64,000 nt of DNA. It comes from Longimicrobiales bacterium. GTDB taxonomy: Bacteria > Gemmatimonadota > Gemmatimonadetes > Longimicrobiales > Gaopeijiaceae. The notes below the pieces were generated by a model. The model was not told the DNA's origin, did not search any database, and was given only the letters and a program-made list of their open reading frames with translations. The position numbers and the translations under genes are program-made. Shown piece after piece: positions 8,849 to 17,025 of the stretch. The stretch covers positions 1,088,001-1,152,000 of the forward strand of contig CBDFIQ010000001.1 in assembly GCA_965248195.1 (NCBI GenBank). Direction: 5' to 3'. Position 1 is the stretch's first letter. The number at the start of each line of letters is the position of its first letter.

Positions 8849-10224
8849 GGTAGTGTCCCTAGATTTGTGTAAAAGCGGATAAGCTGGACAGGAGGGAAAG
8901 AAAAACGGAAGCTCCTCTGTTGTTGTTCACTGTCACATGAACCCGGGAGTCCGGGTCTGCAGAGCAGGCTCGGAACCGGAGAGGAGCTTCCGATGCAAGA
9001 GATTGTGGAGATCGGTCGGGCCACGCAAGACGAGCTACGCGATGATTTGCGCGAGCTGTTTCAAGGCGCGATCCGGCTGACGCTCGAGATGGTGCTGGAA
9101 GAGGAGCTGAAGGCCATGGTAGGTGCACGCCGCTTCGAGCGGGTGGGAAGCCGGAAGGACCATAGGAACGGCACATACCTGAGGCGGCTGCTGACGAGCC
9201 TGGGGCAGATCGAGGTCGCCATGCCCCGGAGCCGGGACAACGGTTCGCCGGCCGACGTGATCGGCCGCTACCAGCGCAGGAGCCCCGAGCTCGACGAGAT
9301 GATGGTCGAGGCGTATGTGAGCGGCGTGTCACAGCGCAAGATGGGCGACGTCACCGAGGCGCTGATGGGCGAGCGTGTTGGGCGCTCGACGGTGAGTCGT
9401 GTGGCAAAACGGCTCGACGAGGCCGTGGAAGGGCTGCGCCGTGCGCCGATCGAGGGGCCTCACCCCTATCTGTACCTGGACGCCACGTTCTTGGACGCCC
9501 GCTGGGCCCGCAAAGTCGAGAACGTGAGTGCGCTCGTGGCGTATGCAGTGGGCCCTGAGGGTCACCGACGGCTCCTGGCCGTCACGCTGGGCGCTGAGGA
9601 GTCGCAGCAGAGCTGGTCGGAGCTCCTCGAGCAACTCCAGGACCGCGGCCTCGGCGGTGTCGAGCTCGTGATCGCCGATGAGCACGCAGGCCTGGCAGCT
9701 GCGGTCCGCCGCTTCCTGCCCGAGGCACGCCGTCAGAGGTGTACGGTCCATCTGCAGCGTAATGTGGGGGCGAGGGTCCCCCACCGCCTACGCAAGCGCG
9801 TGGCGCGTGAGGTCTCGGTGATCTTCCAGACATCCGGACTCGCCGAGGCGAAGAAGCTCCTGGGCGAGTTCGGCGCACGCTGGAAGAAGGAGCTGCCCGA
9901 GGCCGTGGAGGTCCTGGAGCGGGGCTTCGGGGCAGCGACGCAGTTCTACGCGTTCCCCGAGGCGCACTGGCCCCGGCTGCGTACCACCAACAGCCTCGAG
10001 CGGCTGCACGGCGAGATCAAACGCAGGATCAAGGCCGCCGGCGCCTTCCCGGACCGGGCCAGCGCCCTCAGGCTCATCACGGCCGTCGCACTCAGGACCA
10101 CACACGTCTGGGGCGACCGGCGTTACCTCGACCTCTCACTCCTCCAGAAACAGGAGGTCGCCCAAGCAGCCTAGCCGAAGGCGAGGAGCTTCCTCCGCTT
10201 TTACACACAAATCGGGACTTGACC
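8849..10224 (+). mobile_element. IS256-family element, copy 1, 1376 bp
   Basis: IRs GGTAGTGTCCC..TGTAAAAGCGGA / GGTCAAGTCCC..TGTAAAAGCGGA; flanks do not form a duplication. Confidence 0.93.
8993..10174 (+). CDS. IS256-family (Mutator) transposase
   Basis: YLYLDA, VIADEH, QRCTVH, LRTTNSLERL. Confidence 0.95.
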   Translation: MQEIVEIGRATQDELRDDLRELFQGAIRLTLEMVLEEELKAMVGARRFERVGSRKDHRNGTYLRRLLTSLGQIEVAMPRSRDNGSPADVIGRYQRRSPELDEMMVEAYVSGVSQRKMGDVTEALMGERVGRSTVSRVAKRLDEAVEGLRRAPIEGPHPYLYLDATFLDARWARKVENVSALVAYAVGPEGHRRLLAVTLGAEESQQSWSELLEQLQDRGLGGVELVIADEHAGLAAAVRRFLPEARRQRCTVHLQRNVGARVPHRLRKRVAREVSVIFQTSGLAEAKKLLGEFGARWKKELPEAVEVLERGFGAATQFYAFPEAHWPRLRTTNSLERLHGEIKRRIKAAGAFPDRASALRLITAVALRTTHVWGDRRYLDLSLLQKQEVAQAA

Positions 10225-10692
10225 CATGCACAAAGACCTCAAGGCCGAGGCCACCATCCCGCCTGCCGGAAACCGTTCCGCCCAGCAGAAGCGCTTCAAC
10301 TTCTTCCGCACCGACTTCAACCAGATCCGTCCTCACGAAGCCCTAGGCCAGAAGCCGCCTGCTTCCGCATATCAACCCTCCACCCGCTCGTTCCCGACGA
10401 AGCTGAGCACACCCGACTACCCTGCTCACTTCGAAGTCCGCAAAGTCTCAACAAACGGAGGTATCCGATGGCACTCCGTCTGGATCAACGTCTCTCACCT
10501 GCTCGGTGGAGACTACATCGGTCTCGAAGAGATCGACCACGACATCTGGGCCGTCTACTTTGGCCCCGTCTCGCTCGGCTGGCTGCACATAAGAAAAGGT
10601 GCCATCCTCGACCACAATGGCTCCTCTTCTCGTAACCCAAAACTGTAACCCATCAAGGTTCAGTTTTTGTTACCCATCAGGGTTCGGGCTCA
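10225..10692 (+). mobile_element. IS481-family 3' remnant B
   Basis: Reverse complement of 8221-8688. Confidence 0.8.
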
Positions 10693-10880
10693 TTCACATA
10701 CGTCGCCGCGGCCAGCCCAAGACCACGCCTTCCACGAAGACGCGGAGCCCAGGGGATGGCATCGGCTGGATCATTGTCGAGGGCGTGGCCGCAAGAAGGC
10801 TTCCGAGGTGTGGGAGGATCGGTGTCCTGCGACCCCGTCAGCTGCATCTTCCGGCCTCAGGGGACGTGCACTACGTCGCC

Positions 10881-12086
10881 TTACCGTGCCGGTCCCGTTC
10901 CCGTGAGGGTGAACCTCTGCACTCGCTTCCTCGTACCTCCGATCCCGTTGACTTCTACCGTGTATAGGTTGCCCTGCGCGTCCGTCGTCATGTCATGGAG
11001 AACGTAGAACTCTCCCAGCTCGTCTCCGTGCTGCCCGAACCGAGTCAGCTCCTCCAGCGTCTCCCTATCGAGTACCACGATCTGGTGATCGCTCCGCTCC
11101 GCGAGGAATAGCCAACGCTGGTCCGGATCCGGCGAAAACGCGGTCCGGTTGACCGACCTGTGCGCCCCCGCTGTTGCAGTGATCAGATCGGTGGTCGGCT
11201 CGCCGAAGGAGGTGTCGTTAGCGCGCGCGGCCATGAGCGCCGGATCGGGGTCGGGGAACCGGCCGATCATCTTCTCCGCCACGAACTCACCTTCCGGGGT
11301 GAACACCTGCAGCCGCATTGACTGGGAATCTGACACGTAGACGAGCCCATCGTTCGCGACCCGAACACCGTGCACGAGGTGGAAGTGCTGGGGGTCCCAC
11401 TCGGCCTCGCCCGGCGTTGGGTCCGTGGGCGGGTTGCCATACGCGTCCCACATCCTCTTGAACGCCCCTGTGGTGGCGTCGAACACGATGATGCGCCGGT
11501 TGCCGTATCCGTCGGCCACAAACACCTCGTTCCTCGGCTGGTACACATAAACGTCCGCGGGGCGGTTGACGTTCAGGGTGTCCAGGTTTCCCTGGCTTGA
11601 ATTCGCCCGCCCGATCTGCATGACGAAATCGCCCTCACGGGTGAACTTGAGGATCTGGTCGTCCCCACCTCCGCTTCCCGCGATCCAGACGTAGCCGTCC
11701 GGGTCCACGGCGATCCCGTGCTCGTTGCTGGGCCATTCGAACTCGTTCGAGTCGCGGTACTCTGTCCCGCCCCACCCCTGGACGTACGTACCGTCGGCGT
11801 CGAACTCGAGAACCGCCGGCGCCGCCCGGCCCTGGTTTTCGTCGGGGATGGTACGGGGGCGGTGGATGATCCAGATGTGGTTCTCCGTGTCCGTGGCAAG
11901 TCCCGACGCCAAACCGAGAACCCAGTCGTTGGGTACCTGCGGCCAGGCCTCCGCCTCGTAGATCGGGATCTCACCGCCTCCCGCACTAGCCCCCGCGGCC
12001 TCTCCGCCTCCAGCGCTCCCTTCCGGAGCGCAGCCGACGACGACCGAAGCCGAGACGGCGATCGTCATCCACGCCTTTCGCATCAT
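10881..12086 (-). CDS. NHL-repeat beta-propeller lipoprotein
   Basis: GAGGAGG before ATG 12086; lipobox VVGC; EHGIAVD, VADGYGNRRI; paralog of 57036-59529. Confidence 0.8.
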   Translation of the reverse strand: MMRKAWMTIAVSASVVVGCAPEGSAGGGEAAGASAGGGEIPIYEAEAWPQVPNDWVLGLASGLATDTENHIWIIHRPRTIPDENQGRAAPAVLEFDADGTYVQGWGGTEYRDSNEFEWPSNEHGIAVDPDGYVWIAGSGGGDDQILKFTREGDFVMQIGRANSSQGNLDTLNVNRPADVYVYQPRNEVFVADGYGNRRIIVFDATTGAFKRMWDAYGNPPTDPTPGEAEWDPQHFHLVHGVRVANDGLVYVSDSQSMRLQVFTPEGEFVAEKMIGRFPDPDPALMAARANDTSFGEPTTDLITATAGAHRSVNRTAFSPDPDQRWLFLAERSDHQIVVLDRETLEELTRFGQHGDELGEFYVLHDMTTDAQGNLYTVEVNGIGGTRKRVQRFTLTGTGPAR

Positions 12087-12234
12087 GTGCCTCCTCGAAA
12101 CAAGTGCTCGGTGAAAGGCCATCCAGGCCGACTGCGGCCCGAGGGCTGCGTTCAGGCGGGTGATTGGGTCGGTCATCAGCGCAACATAGCCCGAGGCCTC
12201 AGGTTGTGCCCCCCGCCGCCTGAATACGAGGGCC

Positions 12235-12335
12235 ATCTAACGGATATGCGATTCTGCTGCGCGTCCAACATGCCCTCCGCGTGCGTAGCGCGCGACCCTC
12301 ACGCTTCACGTGACAGTAGCAATCGCTTGTTAGAT
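12235..12335 (-). other. attC: attC site, uninterrupted
   Basis: Reverse complement of the same attC family; cores at 12235-12241 and 12329-12335. Confidence 0.9.
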
Positions 12336-12971
12336 TGCACCCCCGTCGAACGCGATGCGCCAACGCTCTCCAGGGTCGTCAAACTGAACCTCGGCCACAG
12401 AAAAGACCGTTGGGTCGATCGGCCCACCGGTCCACTCCATCATTTCTTTGTGCTCAGGATGTCCCGGGTCAGACAGGGCAGCAAGCAGGTTCGCATAGCC
12501 GTGGGACCCGCCGCAGTCCTCGGGAGGACATGCCCCGGCCCCCCCGACGCATTCGGGCCCGGTGCTTAGGCTGCCGGCCTGCTCAAAGCCCTCAAGGATC
12601 ACTGCATGGTCCCAATTGTCGCCGAAGTCGTAGGTGTATTGGATCGGTGGTGGGTCGCCCGCCGTAAAGTCGAACGGAAACTCCGTCCAGTCGGCCGTGA
12701 CCGAAAGATCGTTCGGCACGTCCGGATCTGGGATTCCGAGCATCATTGCGGTGCCCGAGCCCGGATCGAGAACGCGGAATGTATGGAGGTGGTAGTCGAG
12801 CCATCCCATTGCGTCTTGGATCGCGACGTGGAGATCCCAAAAGGAATAGGTCGCGGGAACCTGAATTCACCGCCAAACAAGCGGGTTAGTCCCGACCAGA
12901 ACTACGAGGTATTGGAGCATCAAGCCTGGAGGAACCGGCGCGTCCCTCGGTTGACCCTGCGTCGACATCAT
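12330..12971 (-). pseudogene. pRiA4b ORF-3 family protein with an internal TGA (cassette gene)
   Basis: PLVWR*IQVP..SFWDLHVAIQDAMGWLDYHLH, YTYDFGDNWDH, GACPPEDCGG; stop at 12867-12869. Confidence 0.8.
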
Positions 12972-13113
12972 CACCCTGCTCGGAGCATGATCAGGTGCAA
13001 TCTAACGTCTCTGCGATTCTGATCTTATAAGGCGAAAGGCTGACCTCACTCGAGCGTGGCGTTACGCTGATCTTGCTCAAAGGCCTGCGGCACCCAACCC
13101 AAGGAGGCCAGCC

Positions 13114-14151
13114 ATGTTTGTCGCAGGAATCGATGCTCACGCAACGTATTCGGTGATCGCCATCGTGAGCAATACAGGTCAGCTCGTGGCCGGACCCATC
13201 CGGATCAAGAACACACAAGAGGATCGACTCGATGATCTACTTCAGCAGTATCAGCCCCTGGAGGTGGTCGTCGAGACGAGTCCGGCCTGGCCGTGGCTCT
13301 TCGATCGACTCCAAGAGCGGGGGATCGACTTCGTGCTCGCTCACGCCAAGCGGCTCCGAGTCATTGCCGAGTCCAACTACAAGAGTGACGACATCGACGC
13401 CGAGTTGTTGGCGCGTATGCGGCTCGCGGGCCTCATCCCCGAGGTCCATCCGAAGTGCGTCGAGCAGCGGGAGCAGGCGGTACTGCTACGCAACCGGGCG
13501 AGACTCGTACGCGAACGGACGCGCATGGTGAACCGCATCCACTCCCAACTCCACAACGTTGGGCTTCACCTGGAGCGTGGGCGTCTGCTCACCCAGGACG
13601 GACGTCAGTGGGTGCGTACCGAGGCATGGCCCCTGCTCGGAGACGAGCGGCGTCTGTTCATCGACATGCAGTGGGAACTCATCGACCAGATCGTACCGAT
13701 GATCAAAACCCTCGATCGCAGAGTGGAACACGTGGGCCGCGAGATCCCGGCTGTGGCCCTGCTCGAGACCGTCCCGGGCATCGGTCCCTACCGGGCATTG
13801 CTCATCGCCACCGAGACGTTGCCCATCAAACGATTTCGTACACCGGGGCACCTGGTCAGCTACGCCGGTCTAGCCCCTCGCTCCTCACAGTCAGGGCTCC
13901 GGCCCATCCGCCACGGATCGATCCCCGCCGGGGCCAACCGTTGGCTGAGGGGCACCTTCGTCCGGACCGTCGTGAGCCACGTCACTCACGCGCCCGACAG
14001 CTGGCTATCACAGTCGTACGAACTGATCAGGCAACGGCTCGGGTGGCAGGTCGCTCGGGTCGCTACCGCTCGGCGCCTCGCTCGTGCTGTGCACGCGATG
14101 CTCCGTACGGGTGAGGTCTGGCACGATGAACCCGTGGCTCGATCAAACTGA
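13114..14151 (+). CDS. IS110-family recombinase (variant allele)
   Basis: Near-identical to 1579-2616; AAGGAGG RBS. Confidence 0.95.
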   Translation: MFVAGIDAHATYSVIAIVSNTGQLVAGPIRIKNTQEDRLDDLLQQYQPLEVVVETSPAWPWLFDRLQERGIDFVLAHAKRLRVIAESNYKSDDIDAELLARMRLAGLIPEVHPKCVEQREQAVLLRNRARLVRERTRMVNRIHSQLHNVGLHLERGRLLTQDGRQWVRTEAWPLLGDERRLFIDMQWELIDQIVPMIKTLDRRVEHVGREIPAVALLETVPGIGPYRALLIATETLPIKRFRTPGHLVSYAGLAPRSSQSGLRPIRHGSIPAGANRWLRGTFVRTVVSHVTHAPDSWLSQSYELIRQRLGWQVARVATARRLARAVHAMLRTGEVWHDEPVARSN

Positions 14152-14422
14152 GATGACACACGATGATGGACCGTACCACGACAGGGGTGAGCTCCGTGCG
14201 CAGCATGTCGCACGACGACCCTCAGATTCTGATTGAGCCCCCCGCTCGCATAGCAGATCTTCGGACATCCCCGCGCTGGGATGAAACCTGAATAGATGCC
14301 TGAGTTCCTCGTGAGAGGAGACTCACCCAAGATCGGACGCGACGTTGGTACTGAAGGATGAAAAACGGAAGATGATCACGCAGGCCTTGAGCTACAGACC
14401 AGTGGACCGAGCCACCCCTCCG
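14152..14422 (+). ncRNA. putative bridge/seek RNA region of IS copy 2
   Basis: GATTCTG 14225-14231 and AGCAGA 14252-14257 match the target; ATAGATG 14292-14298 and AAGATC 14329-14334 match the donor junction. Confidence 0.85.
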
Positions 14423-15327
14423 CCCTCTCTGCCAACGTACGTGAGACACGGAGCACGCAAAGAATTAGAGTAGGGCGAAGGCAGAGAAAACGAACATGTT
14501 GGGACTGCGAGAGAGAATGGAAGAGAATGGTAGTGCCCCTGGAATCGGGGAGGCCAAGCGAAGCGCGGCAGCTCCTGCGGACCCGGAGGTAGTAGATAGG
14601 CCGCTACGCCGGCGGTTCAGTCCATCGTACAAGCTGCGGATCGTCGAAGAAGCGGACCGGTGCACCGAGCCCGGCGAGGTGGGTCAGCTCCTGCGGCGCG
14701 AGGGCCTGTACTCGTCGCACCTGACGACGTGGCGCAAGGCGGCGCATAGCGGGTCGCTGAAGGCCCTGTCGAAGAAACGCGGCCGCAAGCCGGAGCGGAA
14801 TCCGCTGGATGAGAAGGTACGCAAGCTGGAGCGGCAAAACGCACGGCTCGAGAATGAGCTCAGGAAGGCACACCTGATCATCGACGTGCAGGGAAAAGTT
14901 GCGGGGCTGCTGGGGATAAGCCTCGACGACGGGACGAACTCTTGAAGGCGGCCGATGAGCTGGCTAAGCACGTCGGTGTAAAACCGGCGTGCGCGGCTCT
15001 CGAGGTCTCCCGATCGACGTTCTACCGTCGTCGAGGCCCATCGACCGGGCAACGGCAGCCCCGCCCGACGCCCGCCCGGGCATTGAGCGAGACGGAACGA
15101 GGCGAGGTTACCTGATCGGCGTTCCCGAAGTGGACACATTGCCGGCAGGAAATCCGTGCTCCGCGAAGCATGGGCCGCTCATCCCGAACGCTTCGTCACA
15201 GGTGTGCCGAAGCCCAAACCGCTCCCGGAGGCCGTCTACATCAATCCTCCCATCCCTTCCCTCACCACACAGGATATTGCTCTCTAATTAATCCCGTAGA
15301 GTGTCCCATTGTCGTTGACAGGTTCCG
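14423..15327 (+). mobile_element. IS3-family element, copy 2, internally deleted (905 bp)
   Basis: Both ends present; CCG/CCG duplication; orfB DDE core missing. Confidence 0.9.
14496..14945 (+). CDS. IS3-family OrfA
   Basis: Identical protein to 5035-5484. Confidence 0.9.
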   Translation: MLGLRERMEENGSAPGIGEAKRSAAAPADPEVVDRPLRRRFSPSYKLRIVEEADRCTEPGEVGQLLRREGLYSSHLTTWRKAAHSGSLKALSKKRGRKPERNPLDEKVRKLERQNARLENELRKAHLIIDVQGKVAGLLGISLDDGTNS

Positions 15328-15489
15328 CCGGGACCCCGGACGGGTAAGGGAGGGCTACGCCCTGTTGACTCCCTTCACCTTATAGATGCTGCGCGGCTAA
15401 TGTGGTGACCGCAAGCGAAGCGCGCGAGCCTAATGGCTACCGCGACAGTAGCAATCGCTTGTTAGATGGCGCGGACGCTCGGAAAGACC

Positions 15490-16197
15490 TCACTCGCCAG
15501 CGGGTCTAGACTCCGCAATCAGCCTAAGGATCGTCGCAGCCTCATCGAGTAGCCGCTGCCCACCCTGCACTAGGTCCTGCTGTATCCACACTCGACTCGT
15601 CACCACGTCCGCGAAATCCGAGGCAGCCAAGCGTCGCAGATCGACCCTATACTCCACGGGAGGGACCGCAATACCCTCATATTCGGGATAGAGGCCTGTG
15701 AGGGCCCGCGCTTCGATCATCAACGGTTCCTCGAAGCCGATCCAATGGTCCCAAGCCCATTGTGAGACATTGCCCTGGACCGCGACCTGGCTTTCGAACC
15801 GGGCAAGAGCCACGCGGAGACTGTCACTGCGCAGAAGCCGGATGTCGCCGGAGTTGACCATGTCGTGGTATGTAGCGAGAACGGGTCGGAAATGTTCGAT
15901 ACGAAACGCGTCTTCCAGAAGTAACCTGACACTCTCTCTTGAGGCGCTGGCATAGTCGGTGTCGAGGAGGCCGAGGTTGGCATCTCGTATCCGGGCGGCC
16001 GTTTCAACGTGCGCGGTCAACTCGCGCTGGTTTTCAAAGAAATCCTGTTCAAGCGCCTCGAGGTACTGGATTTCCTCTGCAACCTCACGCCGCGCATCCG
16101 TGGCCGAGTCGGCCCACAATGCGAGAGCTGCGCCGATCAAGAGGAGCCCTACCTCGGCTACAGCTTGGCGCCAGTTGATTCGATCGGTGAGGGCCAG
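15490..16197 (-). CDS. membrane-anchored helical protein, DUF6090-like (cassette gene)
   Basis: Frame open to 16200; INWRQAVAEVGLLLIGAALALWAD; GGAG before CTG at 16197; YHDMVNSGDIRLL; start uncertain. Confidence 0.6.
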   Translation of the reverse strand: MALTDRINWRQAVAEVGLLLIGAALALWADSATDARREVAEEIQYLEALEQDFFENQRELTAHVETAARIRDANLGLLDTDYASASRESVRLLLEDAFRIEHFRPVLATYHDMVNSGDIRLLRSDSLRVALARFESQVAVQGNVSQWAWDHWIGFEEPLMIEARALTGLYPEYEGIAVPPVEYRVDLRRLAASDFADVVTSRVWIQQDLVQGGQRLLDEAATILRLIAESRPAGE

Positions 16198-16227
16198 GAT
16201 TCACTCCAGCACGAGGAACTGAGCGCC

Positions 16228-16325
16228 ATCTAACGTCTCGTGTTTCTGCCGCGCGTCAATCTGCACTGCGCGCGCGTAGTGCGCGACCCTCCCGGTATCG
16301 CGACAGTAGCAAACACTTGTTAGAG
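16228..16325 (-). other. attC: attC site, uninterrupted
   Basis: Cores at 16228-16234 and 16319-16325; CGCGACAGTAGCAA arm shared with the other sites. Confidence 0.88.
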
Positions 16326-16338
16326 AGCCCGGAAGCCG

Positions 16339-16356
16339 GTAGCATTGAGGTGCTAC
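16339..16356. promoter_or_regulatory. palindromic operator upstream of the TA operon
   Basis: GTAGCA-N6-TGCTAC, 14 nt before the antitoxin ATG. Confidence 0.5.
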
Positions 16357-16370
16357 TTCGGAGGAATACC

Positions 16371-16598
16371 ATGGTTCGAAGTGTGAAATTGCGCAGAATG
16401 GGGGGATCTGTCGGGGCCACCCTGCCCAAGGAGATGGCGGAGCGCCTCCACCTTGAGGCGGGAGACGAAGTGCTTGCCGTTGAGACGGCAGACGGGATTC
16501 TGCTTAGCCCCTACAATCCAGAGGTAGAGGAGGGGCTCGCAATCGCGGCCGAGGCTCAGAAGCGGTACCAGGGGGCTCTTAGAGAACTCGCGAAGTGA
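16371..16598 (+). CDS. AbrB/MazE-family antitoxin
   Basis: KLRRMGGSVGATLPKE..L.LEAGD; GGAGG RBS; GTGA overlap with the toxin. Confidence 0.9.
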   Translation: MVRSVKLRRMGGSVGATLPKEMAERLHLEAGDEVLAVETADGILLSPYNPEVEEGLAIAAEAQKRYQGALRELAK

Positions 16599-16999
16599 CT
16601 CAGCCGGAGCCCCGGTGGGTTCCCCGGCTTGTCATTGAGGCCGTCCATCTCGACCAGATTCGCGAACACGGCGGCCTGATAGGCATCCGCGACGAGAATG
16701 CCCTGGAGTCAGCCCTAGCCCGGGCAAGGCAGAGATGGACGTATGAGCCGGAGTCGGACCTGGCACGGCTCGCCGCCGACTACGCTTTCGGAATTTGCTC
16801 CAGTCACCCCTTCCGAGACGGAAACAAGCGGATCTCGTTTTTAGCCGCCGTCATCTTTCTTGGCCTCAACGGACTCGACTTCATCGCCCCCGAAGACGAA
16901 GTGGTTGATAGATTGCTGGCCTTGGCTTCCGGAAACCTCGATGAGGAAGCACTAGCCGCGTGGATTCGCTCACGAATCCAACCTCAGTCAGGTGTCTGA
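16595..16999 (+). CDS. doc: Doc/Fic-family toxin
   Basis: HPFRDGNKRIS motif; GIRDENALESALAR. Confidence 0.9.
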   Translation: MTQPEPRWVPRLVIEAVHLDQIREHGGLIGIRDENALESALARARQRWTYEPESDLARLAADYAFGICSSHPFRDGNKRISFLAAVIFLGLNGLDFIAPEDEVVDRLLALASGNLDEEALAAWIRSRIQPQSGV

Positions 17000-17025
17000 A
17001 GAGGGCTCTCTAACGTCTCTGCGAT

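Larger units (their letters stand above)
13022..15388 (+). mobile_element. IS110/IS1111 element, copy 2, carrying a nested IS3 derivative
   Basis: Same ends as copy 1; 2367 bp = 1459 + 905 + 3 bp duplication. Confidence 0.92.
13000..15467 (-). other. attC: attC site split by IS110/IS1111 copy 2
   Basis: Cores at 13000-13006 and 15461-15467; insertion at TG 13020-13021 / 15387-15388. Confidence 0.9.

Noticed and set aside
10881..12236. NHL gene as a 451-aa integron cassette gene
   Set aside because: The RBS and lipoprotein signal point to a start at 12086; no attC follows it.
12867..12869. Selenocysteine or TGA recoding
   Set aside because: The position is a conserved Arg, and TGA is a normal stop elsewhere in the window.
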